Assembly: GCF_001194135.2 (NCBI RefSeq)
Contig: NC_068984.1
Coordinates: 1,766,782-1,830,781 of the forward strand
Source of the DNA: Octopus bimaculoides
Lineage: Eukaryota
Direction: 5' to 3'
DNA: 64,000 nucleotides
Shown: one piece after another, positions 1 to 12,995 of the stretch
Position numbering within the stretch: position 1 is the first letter of the stretch
Layout: each line of letters starts with the position of its first letter
Program-made: the position numbers and the translations under genes
Notes under the pieces: model-generated
Told to the model about the DNA's origin: nothing
Databases searched by the model: none
Seen by the model: only the letters and a program-made list of their open reading frames with translations

Positions 1-321
1 AACAACTAACAAAACCAGTGAAAATATCAACATTAACATCGTTCATATATCACAGCAGACGTCAAGCAGACGGTCTTTACCTGTAAATCTATACTGTTTC
101 CTCTCTTTCTTTTCTACACTACCCTCTAATATCCTTTTATCTCCTGCTTTTCCTCCAAATATTTGTTGCTCTTTCTCTCTCAACCTTCTCCCTCTTTTCT
201 ATATTATTTACTTCCTCACAACATTTTTTTTTTTCCTTCCTTCCCCCTCCCAAAAAGAAAAGCTCTACATTGTATTTGTCCCATCTTCGTTGAGCCCTGT
301 GTGGCTAATAAAAGAAATGTA

Positions 322-342
322 TCTATCTACTTACCTACCTAC

Positions 343-385
<43 letters not shown>

Positions 386-394
386 CCTATCTAC

Positions 395-427
<33 letters not shown>
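322..427. repeat. (TATC)n/(GATA)n microsatellite
   Basis: Direct inspection. Confidence 0.95.
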
Positions 428-428
<1 letters not shown>

Positions 429-489
429 CGCTCTGTCTTTCTGTCTGTTTCTCCACCCCTCTCTCTCTACATCCCCGCCTCCCGCACAA

Positions 490-690
490 ATATCTTTTAT
501 CTTTTACTTCTTTCAGTCTTTAGACCTCTGCCATGCTGGAGCACCGCTTTGAAGTGCTTTAATCGAACAAATCGACCCCCGTGCCTATTTTATGACGCCT
601 TGTACTCATTATATCGGTATCTTTTTCCGAACTGCTATGTTACGGGGAAGTAAACAGACCAAACACAAAGAAACATACATACATACATAC
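490..690 (-). mobile_element. SINE family A, 3' part
   Basis: Reverse complement of the tail of the full copy at 58435-58806. Confidence 0.8.
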
Positions 691-959
691 GCATATATAT
701 ATATACGTGTGTGTGTGTGTGTGCGTGCGTGCGTGTGCGCGTGTGTGGTATCCTTTGACGCAGGTCCTGTAGACTGTAGTGATATGCTTGGTGCTCTCAG
801 TTCGCTGTTCCCGCCCTCTGCGGTGCCCCTTGTCAAGCTCTTCTGACGCTAAAAGAAAGGGAATTTGTAAGGCCTTTCCTGGTGGGTGTACAGAATGTAA
901 TTCTGCCGGTCAAGAGTCTTACAGCACCTCCTCGCAATGCGTCATGGGAAACCGGGTAC

Positions 960-2720
960 CTTGGAGTCCCAGCTAAACTGTGAAAGATCTCGGTGCGTGC
1001 ATGACCTACCAGTTGGTGGACAAGCTCTTCTACTTCCTAATTCACCTTCTACTGCCTCGGAGGGTGTGTCTATATAGGCAAAGGCGAGAAGAGAACTCTA
1101 AATACAAATTCACCTGTTTCCAAGTAGGTTATGCTTATTTAAGTCTAAATAACCCGAAAAGAAAATCAGGAGTGGCGACTTCTTTGGTAGTAAGACGGAT
1201 ATGTCTCATTCAGACAGCTCTTGCATCCAGCGGTACTTCTCAGATGTCTTGATTCCGACTTTCCACTTGATACCAGGAGAGCAGGAAGAGAGCGCGACTT
1301 TACATATTTGGAAACCCTGTGGTGATGGAGGAAGGGTGTCAATGACAGCAAATCTGTCGGCTCCGGTTATAAGCTTGTTGTTTGGCAAAAGAAGGAGTGC
1401 TGAGCTCCGACAGACCCTTGAGAGCCCTATTCAGAAACTCACAGCTCACCTCTCTCAATACAAGATATCCCCAAAAGTTGTTGCTTCATTTCTTCCTGGT
1501 CAACTGATCACGGCTAATGGTATCTCAAAACCGCATTCAAGATATCAGGACGCCACTGAGTTTGGGTGCATGGAATGCAAGCGTTATGACAGACCTGCAA
1601 GGGAAATAACTCGAATGCACCGATGACAGACCTGCAAGAAGCTTGCTCTTGTTAGTAAAGAATTTCCAACGTACAGTACTGACATAGCTGCTTAAGGGAA
1701 ATAGGTCTGGCTACACATTCTACTGCTCAGGGAATGATAAGGATGACAAGCATGAAACTAGTGTAGCATCTGCAGTGAAGAACAGCCGAGAAAAAAAACA
1801 AAAAAACCTCACCATCATCCCGGAAGTTATAAATGATTGGTTTATAATTCCGAGACTACCAACAAAAGGGAGCAATTTTCTCAACCTTGTAAGCCGCTAT
1901 GTTTCCACGATGGCCAATGATCAAACATCGAAAATGAAGTTCTACGAAGACGCGTCATCCTTAATTTCAGCCATTCCCCAAAAAGAAGAACTCATATTGT
2001 TGGGTAACTTCAATGCCAGGGTCAGAACCGATGAAGGAACATGGCAGGGTTAGTTAGGAACTAATAGAATTAGCAACTTCAATTCCAAACGCGAACTTCT
2101 GTTGCTAACACTCAACAATCATCCTCTCCAAAGTGTAGAGAAATTCGTCAAACTTGGAAATGCACCACCGTCAAGGGGTGTTTACATTGATGATGAAATG
2201 AACGCAAAGATTGCAAGATCCAGTTTTTCATTTGGACTTTTCCATGACAAGGTTTGAGAAAGACTTGATTTGACTATAAGGACAAAACTTGATGTATACA
2301 AAGCTGTTGTAGTGTGACTACATTACTTTATGGACGTGAAAGCTGGACAGTTTACCAAAGATAGGCAAAATATCTCTACCACTTTCACCTAACATACCTG
2401 CGAAATATTCTCAACATCAAGCGGCAATTCCTAATACGGTTGTGCTCAAGAAAGCTGGTAAGTCAAGTATATATGCTTTCCTAATTAAATTCCAGCCGTT
2501 GTAGAGTGGTCATGTAGCCCGACACCAGACTCTCTCAATAGATTTTCTTTGATGAACAAGCAATTGGCTCTCGGTCACGTGGAGATACAAAGGGTATTCA
2601 AGACAACATTAAAAAAATGTAACTTAGAACCGTCTACGTGGGAACGTCTTATTCAAGATCACACATTGTGGTGTAGTGATGTGTACTCTGAAGTACAACA
2701 GAAAAACGAAGCGCGATAAT
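960..2720 (+). mobile_element. Decayed RTE-clade LINE: APE endonuclease plus post-RT C-terminus, RT core missing
   Basis: DRP...LALVSKEF; EELILLGNFNARV (ORF 1775-2053); then IDDEMNAKIARSSFSFG and TKLDVYKAVV; stops and frameshifts. Confidence 0.85.
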
Positions 2721-3149
2721 ACAGTTGACATAAACTGCATTTATTCGTAAAAACATTTTAACCACTCAGACTTTCTAATAGAGAATTCCGTTATAATCAG
2801 ATGTAATTATACGATATGGCGTTAATCAAATCATGACGCCAAAGTTAGTTACTGTAATATACTTTATGTATAGTTTTTATTTTTTGTATTTTTCATTGCT
2901 ATGATGATCGATGTATTTGAATCACCACACTTCTATGATTGCATTGTTCGATGACTGCATCTGTTAGTTTGAAAGTTTATTTTAAATTTCTTGAAATTAT
3001 CTCCTTTTTGTCAACAGTCTTTAATGTTTGCCAGTAGAAGAAAGATTTCATTTGAAAATACTGAGCATAATAATATTCAATACATCATTACCTATCCAAA
3101 TGCATGCCATTGGTGCATTCGAGTTATTTCCCTTAACACAGCATGCATG

Positions 3150-3187
<38 letters not shown>

Positions 3188-3789
3188 CTATATAGAAGGA
3201 CAGCAATGGTTTCATGCAAAGAAAAATCTCTCAACAATTATCAAGTCTCCCACATTGTTACTGGTCTCCATTTTAGATGAGAATACATGAAGCTAAACGA
3301 GACTATACGGGATTTTGGGATAAATAAATGTACTGATCATGGGAAGTAACTTAAAAGAAAATAATAATATATACACACGTATGTGTGTATGCACATCTGT
3401 ACAAAACATGCGTATATACACACATACACACACACCTGCATTATGCGTTTTATTCGTGTATGAGTATGTGCATATAATTATGGAGTTTCACAGATTTTGA
3501 TGCCAAACATGGGTCATGCGGTTGTGCGTATGAATGCATTTCTTCTGTGAATCATTTGGTATCATGAGTATGTGCAATCTGGATTCCCCCATTACACATA
3601 TCTGTGTAATGGAGGAATCTAGCATAAGTTCGTGAGAGTATGCCTTTGATATATAATGTTCATGTAATCGATGTCCAGAGAAGAATTTAACCAGGTTGGA
3701 GGGGTGTTGAAGGGAAGGGGAGGGGTGGTGCTTGAAATTTCGGAGAATGAATTGTTACTTGTACATGCTGGGGAAGAAGGTTTCCTCCT

Positions 3790-4370
3790 TAACGTTTAAA
3801 AGTTTACTGTCGATGTTATATTATATAGTTTTTCAGCGCTGCAGGGCTTACATTTACTACTCCGTTTCCTGTATTTGCTCGCCTTAGCTATAACGCCCCA
3901 GTTTATATTGAGGTTACTGTCTTCTCTCTCTTTAAGTGTCCATACCATATTCCATAAAAATGTTGTATTTCTTTTGCTTTTATCTCTGAACGAACCCAAA
4001 TGCTGCGTATGTTTTTCTTTGAAGGTGTTTCCCGTCATTCCAATATAAGATTTTGTTGTTAGGTTCAAATCCGTAATGCTGGTCTTGTACACAAATACTT
4101 TTTCCAGGCAATTGTTGTTCAGGGGACAGCTGTCCGAGGATAAAAAATTACAGGATATTTAGGGGATGTTCCTACTGTTGTTATTTTTATTGTGGTCGAA
4201 AAAAATCAAACCCGTATTGAGGAGGCAACTATAGCGAACTTTGACGGTATTGCTATTGAAGATTTTGTGGTATTTCTGTGAATGGGGGAAGTGGTTATCT
4301 ATGAATTTCAGGAATTTTCTAGCTATGTTAGTAGTCCTTCTTTGACTATGTGTGTTTATGAATTAAAAGA
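3790..4370 (-). mobile_element. Penelope-like element fragment (GIY-YIG endonuclease region)
   Basis: TNIARKFLKFIDNHFP..KYHKIFNSNTVKVRYSC; SCPLNNNCL..VYK; YIGMTGNTFKEK...WGVIAKA...CKPC.AEK. Confidence 0.88.
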
Positions 4371-4760
4371 ATTGATTGTAGCTGTCGGTTGCTAAATTAT
4401 TTTAGACAAGTTGTCTTCCTCAATTGCATCAATAATATTATTTTCTTACACACACGTTGTTGTAATTTTCATGAATTATGCAGAGGAGGAAGGGTTATAA
4501 ATCTTTGCCCTGCGTCAATGTCTTCAAGATTAGTGGGAGGAAGAGAGGAAGTTATCCTCAGACCAGAGACTATACCTGACTGCTTGCAACAGAATCAACT
4601 CTGATGAAGGTATACAAGATCCAAGTTTAGCCCCAGGTTATCTCTGGTCAAACAGACTTGTCATGTATCAGATAACTTTCTTTAAATTTAAACCTGGAAT
4701 GTTTCAGTTAGAAAATCTAAACCGCTGGCGAACAATATTAATACATTTGGTAATAATTAT

Positions 4761-4975
4761 TTCTTTATTGCCCACAGGGGGCTAAACAAGGACAGACAAA
4801 GGGATTATGCCGATTACATCGACCCCAGTGCGTAACTGGTACTTATTTAATCGATCCTGGAAAGGATGAAAGGCAAGGTCGACCTCGGCGGAATTTGAAC
4901 TCAGAACGTAACGGCAGACGAAATACCGCTAAGCATTTCACCCGGCGTGCTAACGATTCTACCAGCTCGCCGCCC
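4761..4975 (-). mobile_element. SINE family B (tRNA-derived head; central motif CCTTTCATCCTTTC..GGTCGATtAAATAAGTACCAG)
   Basis: Box A-like AGCTGGTAGAATCG and box B-like GAGTTCAAATTCC. The central motif resembles the Nin/Deu SINE domain as I recall it (unverified). Confidence 0.85.
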
Positions 4976-6543
4976 TTTGATAATATTAACCAGTTATTTT
5001 GGTTATATCTCTGCAGTTTATCATAACGCCTGATGACATTGTTTCTATACAATCATCGTTGATGTCAGTCTTTGATAGGCGATGATCGATAAAAAGAAAG
5101 TTTAATTTACATGTCAAAAGGCATCATGGACTTATCAGAGAACATTTTGGTGGGCCTACGATAACCCTTCAGGTCAATTTGCGCACAGCAGCTGAAGGTC
5201 ATATATAGCGTTTAATGTGATAATTTTCATCTCTCATCTCTCAAAGTGATAATTCCTGTTGTAACTGGAGACTAAGCCCTACGTTTAAATGAGATTTATT
5301 AATTCTCATTTTTTTGACAATTTCATTATTTTTTATTCTTACACATAACATGCATACTAAAATTGTATAATAAGTAGATTAAAAATGCTTAGTGTTATTA
5401 ATAAACATTTTTGAGGAGAATCCTTTCTCTTATTAATGATTAAACATGTCAAATATAACATTACTACAAAATGGTGATACCGCCTACATCCGACGAAAAT
5501 CCTCGAACAAACGGTAGCCATGCCGAACTTGAATAATTCAGCCTACAGCTGAAAAACAACCTCAAAATAATAGCTCAACATGCAAAGCAGCCTACAGAGC
5601 CTCATTTCAACATCATTCCATTGGCAATGACTGACATGAATAATGGAGAAAATATATAACAATTGAAAAATTAGCAAATCGTACTTAAACGAGCAGAATT
5701 AGCGAGAACCAAAGAACATCGTTATACAGTTTTATGCAATATAGTACAATCACAACAGAGACTTATGGCATCTTATTGCCATTTCCAGAGCACTCTGGCT
5801 ATTCTTAAAAACATCTTCTGCTCTTGTTACTCAGACATTTTTTAGGTTACATAATCCGTTGCATTTATATTTTTGTTGTATTTTTCAGTCACTCTGTAAA
5901 GCATAGATTTGCTTTTTAGTCTGTGTTTGTGGGTGGTAAGGGAGATTTGGTATTATCTATTGGAGTGTCCAAAGGAATAGTTGCGAGATTTGTATCGTAG
6001 TTTAAAGCGGTTGGAAGTCATTCAGAAATAGGCCTAGGGGAGGAGTTCGTAGTAACTGCATATTTTTACATAATGCCCTTAGCAAGACAGTTATTGTTGC
6101 GTGAACAGTTATTGATATCAATGAATTTGCAAATTTTGATGAAGGGGTTTTAGGGAGTTTATATTTTGGGGGTATTGGAATAAGTAAAAACCTGTACACG
6201 AGCACATTAAATATGGACCAACACAAGTTTATTTTAATTGTCGGTGAGATTTAATTAACTCCAATTTGACAAAGATTTGCACACGTCAATCCATAGACTA
6301 CAGACGACCGAAATGGTGCACACACACACACATACGCACGCACACACACACACACACACTCTCTCGCTCTCACACACACAGAGTGTACGTAAACAGATTG
6401 GTAACTTGTTTTTCTGGAATTGATCAAGTGGTGTCACCACCTCTGACGAGACCCCAATAAGGTGTGAAAATCGAATAGGGTTGTTCAGAATTCTTTCGTT
6501 CTACAAATAATTAGTTAAATTTGTATGCCTGCTACATAAGTTT

Positions 6544-6583
<40 letters not shown>

Positions 6584-7850
6584 TGCGCATTTTATATACA
6601 TTCATACATATTTAATTTCTATATTATGTATGTTACTTATGAATATATACGTATATATTGTATGTATGCTATATATATTATACAATGTACACACACACAC
6701 ACACTCACACACACACACACACATGCACTTCACACTGACAAAGCCCACGCCCTCCTCTACAGACACATACAAAGAAAAGTCTGAAAGGGTAAAGTGTTTG
6801 AAAAGCGGGACTAATTTAAGCCAAGGGGCAAGAAATGTGTGAAATGAAGAGTAGAGAGAACCTCCCAAGTGGCGGAGTGGTGTTGGGGGTGATGGTGGTG
6901 GTAGCGGTTGGCGGTCTGGTGATGTGTGTGCGTGGGGGTGGGGTGGGGGGATATTTTAAAGTGTCATTGCTAGTTGCGGTGGTGCCAGTGGTGACAGCCT
7001 GGGGTTATTGGTACGGGGATACTGGGTGGCGATGGGGTTGCAGCAGCAGTAGCAGTAGTGGTGGTGGCGGTAGCAGTAGTGGTGGTGGTGGTGGCGGTGG
7101 TGGTGGTGGTGTGGTGGAGGTTAATGCTGTTTAGCAGTCTTGACTTAGATTTATTGTCGATGGCGTTCCAGCTGAGGCCATCACCTATGTTTTAGACACT
7201 GTATCTTCGAGTACATTGTTCAGTGTCCTTTATTCACACTGCAGGATATGATACGAGGGGAATTTGGCTGCTGTTTCTCACAAATCACGGCTTCTACGTT
7301 GGCTCGTTGAAAGTGACATTGGCGGAGTTGGTGGTTTTCCGGTAGTGTTGGATGTAGTTTGCGTTCCTCGTTGTGGTGGTAATGCAGTTGCTGTGATGGT
7401 GGTGTTAGTGTTGTTGATGGTGGTGGTGGTGTTGGTTGCAGTGTTGCTGTCGTTGGAGGCAATGAAAACTGTTAAATGAAACAAGAGGGCGCCCCATACC
7501 CTAGTTGATTGCAGACCGCATCTCCAGGCTCACAAGACATACACAAGGGGATAAAGCAAATTCCTGTATTTAACATGGTATATTTCGGAGAAAGATTTGT
7601 TAAAACAATTTATGAATATTTGATAGAAAATTTAATTCGTATAAAAATATTTCATCTACCACAAAATATGGATTAACGAAATTTCCTGATCGACATAAAC
7701 TGTACACAGCGTTTATCAAGATTAGGATTCCGTGCAGACATGCTAGAAGTATTACCAAGTATTCCTCACCGCCTGTGTACCCCACCAATTGAGATTAGTA
7801 ATGCGTCTACAATGATGATACTCTTGTAATCAGTTGGAGAGTAGCACGAG

Positions 7851-7855
7851 AGAGA

Positions 7856-7903
<48 letters not shown>
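7851..7903. repeat. (AG)n microsatellite
   Basis: Direct inspection. Confidence 0.95.
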
Positions 7904-7907
<4 letters not shown>

Positions 7908-8635
7908 GTCAATGAGAATGGTCTCCTTGTATTTGTAGTCTAAGATTTATCTTTATAGTAAAACATATTTCCCGAGACTGTCACAAATAACTTCAGACTA
8001 TTTAATTTAGTGTCTAAAAAATACTAATGTCTTATTAACTAAAAGCAGTCACCTACTAAAAGCAAGTATCGTCATACTCCACTCATTTTGAATGACTTGT
8101 TTGCTTGAAATGTCCAGGGATTATAACAATAAAGTTAAACTGTCAGAACAACAGATTGTTTCCTTTCTATCAATCACTCAGGTTTTCCCTTTGTTGCTTC
8201 TCGTTTGTTAGCGGCGTAATTGGCCCCACACTAATAATACTGTTGGTGAACAACTTGGACCCTCTCACCATACTTTCTCCAGCCACAGCTTTTCACAATG
8301 TTTTCGTTCATTCACTTCGCGTGATGCAACAAGAACATTAACAGCAATCATTTCTTTGGACATTGTTCAAAGATAAAAAAGACACCAACTTTGTGCTGTC
8401 TGCATCACAAGCCGAGACAACAAAGCACAGCATATTGTTTTTATGATTCACTATCTTTTCACCTATATTTTCGGCAGTTGTTTCCTATAAACGGCGAGAG
8501 GGGCATAATTATTATCGATTTTACTGGGGCCAATAAACCCTTATTAACTTCTCACTAGTTACAATTACAAGACAAACAAATATGGCAATCACCGAACCGG
8601 GATATGTGAACTATTGCTGTAGGCTTATATTAGGA

Positions 8636-8975
8636 GACAGTGGTCTTACCCTCTGTCCCTGGGCTAGAGGTAGGGGTCTCATTTAGGACGCCACAGTCTG
8701 CGACTCCTTTGCTCCTTCCCACATCTTGAATGCTGCAGATAATGGAAGGGTCACTGCTTCCGTAGCCGAACGGAAGAAAACCCTGAAGTGTCTCTTCCAG
8801 CCTGTGGCATTTGAGACATTCGGAGGGACTGGGCTACTAACCGTGAAGTTCTTGTCATCGTTGGCAGCACGCCTCACCGAGGTGTCAGGTGATGCCGGCG
8901 GGGGCGCTTGGCTTTCCCAACACCTTTAGCCTGGCCATCGCCCGTGGCATTGCTGCGAGCGTGCTGGCTTGATTC
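8636..8975 (+). mobile_element. CRE-clade non-LTR retrotransposon 3' fragment (restriction-like endonuclease)
   Basis: GLTLCPWARGRGLI*DATVCDSFAPSH...AERKK...FQPVAFETFGG.G...FL..LAARL..VSGD...WLSQHL/SLAIARGIAASVL. Confidence 0.85.
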
Positions 8976-9794
8976 AGGAGGTTCCATTAAACCTTGTGGT
9001 GTGCGACCAATTGCTGTGATAAAAAAAAATTCCCCGAAAATGGTTTCAATAGTTTTCACAGAAAGATTTGGAAGAATTAGATGAAAGTTCTCCGGTAATT
9101 TTCTTTCATGTAAATAAATGTTAATTTAAGAATTTGCCAGCAAAATCTTATAAAATGACAATGTTCCAAAGGTTGTACATGTTTATATGTTATAATATAT
9201 GAAAATAAAATTGAAATCCCGGCTGAAGCTTATGCATTTCGGAGTTCTAGTGATGCCTGAATCCAGTTGTCAAACTTCACTCCATATCCTGACCTTTTAA
9301 TGACAAGAAGTAGTCATTTCAGGGAATATTTTCCAGGTAAAAAAAAAAGAAAAAAGAAAAAAAAAAGCTGTGTCTATGAGCCGGGTAACCATGTCTTTTT
9401 TTATTCCTCTTTCACATCGGCTCTTCCCCCCCTCCCTTCTTTCTTTTCTTTCATAAGTTATCTAGTTTAATGTCGTTTATGTCTAAACGTGTTTTTATAG
9501 CATTTAAAACCATACTTACATATATGCATATATACTTACGGCATACGTACACACAAACACAATATACCCATAGTTTATATATGAGTGTGTGTGTTTGTAC
9601 ATTTGTGTAAATATACATACACATCGTCTAGAAATACAATACAGCTACTATACACACACACACACGTATGTATGTATGTATGTGTGTATGTGTGTATACA
9701 AGGTAAAGCTAAGGTAGTATACTATTTAGATGAGCCGTGTTGACACGAGACTTCCTTTGAGAAAACAAATAAGGATATGAAAAGACTTCTACAT

Positions 9795-9830
<36 letters not shown>

Positions 9831-10084
9831 CGTGCGTGCGTGTATGAGACTATATTTCTCTTTAATATATTTGTTTGGGTGTTGCTGTTGTGAAAGAATA
9901 AGAACCAGTCGTTGACAAAGACACAAAACCTTTTCTTCTCTTTTTATTCTGTTGATTTTTAAACGACAGCATTAAGCATCTGAACCGATGTGTATGGACG
10001 CGTATATCCTATATGTACGTACAAATGCACATGTACCTACATACGTATGTATGTGTATGCGTGCATACATAAATTTATATATAT

Positions 10085-10121
<37 letters not shown>

Positions 10122-11180
10122 AATATAAGCACATCTATATCTATCTATATGTAAGTATATATATAGTACACACACACACGTAGATGCCTGTGTGTGTATA
10201 GATATTGAAAAGACCACTCTGACTCACAGGTCTTCAATAAACCACTCATACAATTGGTTGCGGTGCCACGGCATTCACCAAGAAAACATTATTGGGACCA
10301 ACAAAAACGCTCCTTACATTGTCGTTTGATTGTCCAGGGTAGAAGGACCTCCACCACCCTCAACCAAATCTCTACATAGAAAACATTTTTGGCTCTCAGG
10401 CAGAGAACCAGTTCTGAAACGTCAAATTCCACTTCCCCGACTCAGCCGTAAATAATCTTATCAACTTTCACTCTACAGGTCTGGCCCCCACCACTACCCC
10501 ACCCCATGCTCCAGTCTCTTCGATCTCGACTCCTTTTTATCTTTCAAGTCTCTAGTATCTTTAAAACGAAGACAACTGGCAATGGCCAGAAATATCATTA
10601 AATACCTTGTGGTATTTAGTTGGCAACCCTTTTCGTTCGGTGCACAAATCTCCCTAAACCTACCTTTGTTTCTCATCGATCTGCAAGTCGATAAAATAAA
10701 ATACTACCGAAGTTCTGTGATCAAAAAAATAAAGAACCATTCAGGTGCTGGAGGGGTGGGGTCTTGACTAAATAGTACTACGAAGTATACCAGTCGTGAA
10801 AGAATTATACTGGAAGAAATCTACGAGTCTTTGAAGTCCTAAATTTTGGTATGACAGCAACTTCAGTAGAATGGTTTCGTCTGGCGAGCTCAAATAGGTT
10901 TGCCTATCAAAGTAGTACTTACTGAGCATTTCAGCAACATTACCACCGCTGCTGCTGATTCTACCCATGATGCAATTTACGTTCTTATCTTATTTTATTC
11001 TATTTATTACTCACAGAATTCCTGAATTTCTAAGTTACTACGAACAGATTGTATTTCATGTCTTATGACCCGATATTCATAGATTAATGAAAATATCTAA
11101 TTATAGCTCTCTCTCTCTCTCACACACACACAATGTATTATATATATATATAATGTAGTCGTTGGCTATGGCCGGTCAGA

Positions 11181-11810
11181 AAGTTACCTTTGGTTTCGCA
11201 CCTATAATGCTCTTAAGCAATATTGGCGACTCGTCAGGCCTGCTGGCTGGAGGCACACAACCTCCTTACTAATGGAGGTAAGAATACAGCTTTGGTTAGC
11301 CAGGGTTGTAAAAAAAAAAAAAAAATTAAAATAAAACCCTGAAATAAAATTCTTCAAAATGAAAGCCCTTCTGGGAGAGATAGAGTTATCTACCTTTGAC
11401 TGGTTCTAGTTGTGCCTGAAAAAGTTCTGTTTAAGTATGATTTCCGTTTGCTAGTCAGCAAGCAGGGAATTCAATGCCTTCAACATGAATTTTCTCTCGT
11501 GAGGGCACTGGCTAAATAGCTCCCATTTGGAATTTAAGCAGATTCCCGTTTCAAGCTAATTTTTTAGGATCCTTGCTCTCTCGGCCAAACAAAGTTTGCA
11601 TCATCTGCTCCTGTTGAGGTATGATCCGAGTCATTCCAGGAACTTCCATTTAGTCCTGTATGGTCTACTCTTTTAAACACCATATGTAGTTGGTCAAAGA
11701 CGTAACATTGCTTCTCTCTGGGATCCTAAAAGTGGACCTATGGTTATTTAGTTGCCACTTAAAAGGGTCTTCCATTGCTCCAACATATTTCTGTGTATGT
11801 GTCCCTAACT
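11181..11810 (-). mobile_element. Penelope-like element 3' part (GIY-YIG C-terminus, 3' region, hammerhead-like motif)
   Basis: QKYVGAMEDPFKWQLNNHRSTF...LTNYIWCLKE / KWKFLE..SY.NRSR*CKLCLAERARIL...CLNSKWELFSQCPHERKFML. Confidence 0.85.
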
Positions 11811-12147
11811 TATTGTGGTGCTGCTGTAGCGGTTGTTATAGTCAGACATGTTGCTGCTGCTACCACTGCCATTGCTGCTGTTACTGTCGAGTACGTTGTT
11901 GGTGTTGTTGTTGCTGCTGGACACCACCTCTGCTACGTAGACCACAGCCTTGGAGTTGTATCGACCAGCTACTGAGCACTCATTGTTAATCCTACATGAG
12001 CCTCTTGCCTGTATGCAGTGTTTAGGAATGTTCACTAAAATACTATTAATAGTAGGCACACAACTGAATGAGACCCTTAAATTGTGTTAATTAAATAATC
12101 ATCTGTACACATGGGATTGCGTGAAATGCTTGACCTTCGTGGGGTCA

Positions 12148-12469
12148 GGGAACTTTTTAAATTCAGAAAGTGAAATGTTTAGTCGGTGCCCTCATGAGAG
12201 AAAATTCATACCGAAGATATGAAATTTCTTGCTTGTTGACTAGCGAACAGAAATCATGCATAAACTGGTCCTTTTCAGACAAAACTGGAACTAGTCAAAG
12301 GGAGATAACTCTATCTCGTCCAAAGAGATTTCACTCCAAAGAATTTCGTTACAGGTTTTTTTTAAACCCTGGCTAACCAAAACTGTATTCTTACCACTAT
12401 TCATAAGGTGGTTATCTGACGAGTCTCTGATATTGCTTAAGAACATATGTGTGAAACCAATGGTAACTT
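12148..12469 (+). mobile_element. Second, inverted PLE 3' end related to 11181-11547
   Basis: FLNSESEMFSRCPHERKF; aligns as an inverted repeat with 11181-11547; ends in a CTGACGA...GAAACCAATGGTA motif. Confidence 0.8.
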
Positions 12470-12995
12470 GCTACTGGATATTATCAACAACTACATTTAA
12501 TATTACTGCTCAAAAGATTCTTTGGTGTGTACTTTTTTTGATTTATGAACAACTGACCGATTATATGTTTGTTTGTTTGTGTGTGTGTGCGCACGCGTTT
12601 ATATGTATGCACACGTGTGTGTGTGTGTGCGTATATATATATATATATNNNNNNNNNNNNNNNNNNNNNNNNNNNNNNNNNNNNNNNNNNNNNNNNNNNN
12701 NNNNNNNNNNNNNNNNNNNNNNNNNNNNNNNNNNNNNNNNNNNNNNNNNNNNNNNNNNNNNNNNNNNNNNNNNNNNNNNNNNNNNNNNNNNNNNNNNNNN
12801 NNNNNNNNNNNNNNNNNNNNNNNNNNNNNNNNNNNNNNNNNNNNNNNNNNNNNNNNNNNNNNNNNNNNNNNNNNNNNNNNNNNNNNNNNNNNNNNNNNNN
12901 NNNNNNNNNNNNNNNNNNNNNNNNNNNNNNNNNNNNNNNNNNNNNNNNNNNNNNNNNNNNNNNNNNNNNNNNNNNNNNNNNNNNNNNNNNNNNNN

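Noticed and set aside
163-846. ORFs rich in YLSI, HT, CV and YI repeats, here and throughout
   Set aside because: Translations of GATA, CA and TA microsatellites.
6835-7134. Gly/Val/Ser-rich 99-aa ORF
   Set aside because: Produced by (GGT)n/(AGC)n low-complexity sequence.
10485-10765. Weak inverted C-rich/G-rich ends suggesting a MITE
   Set aside because: Match is about 15 bp, low complexity, with no TSD.
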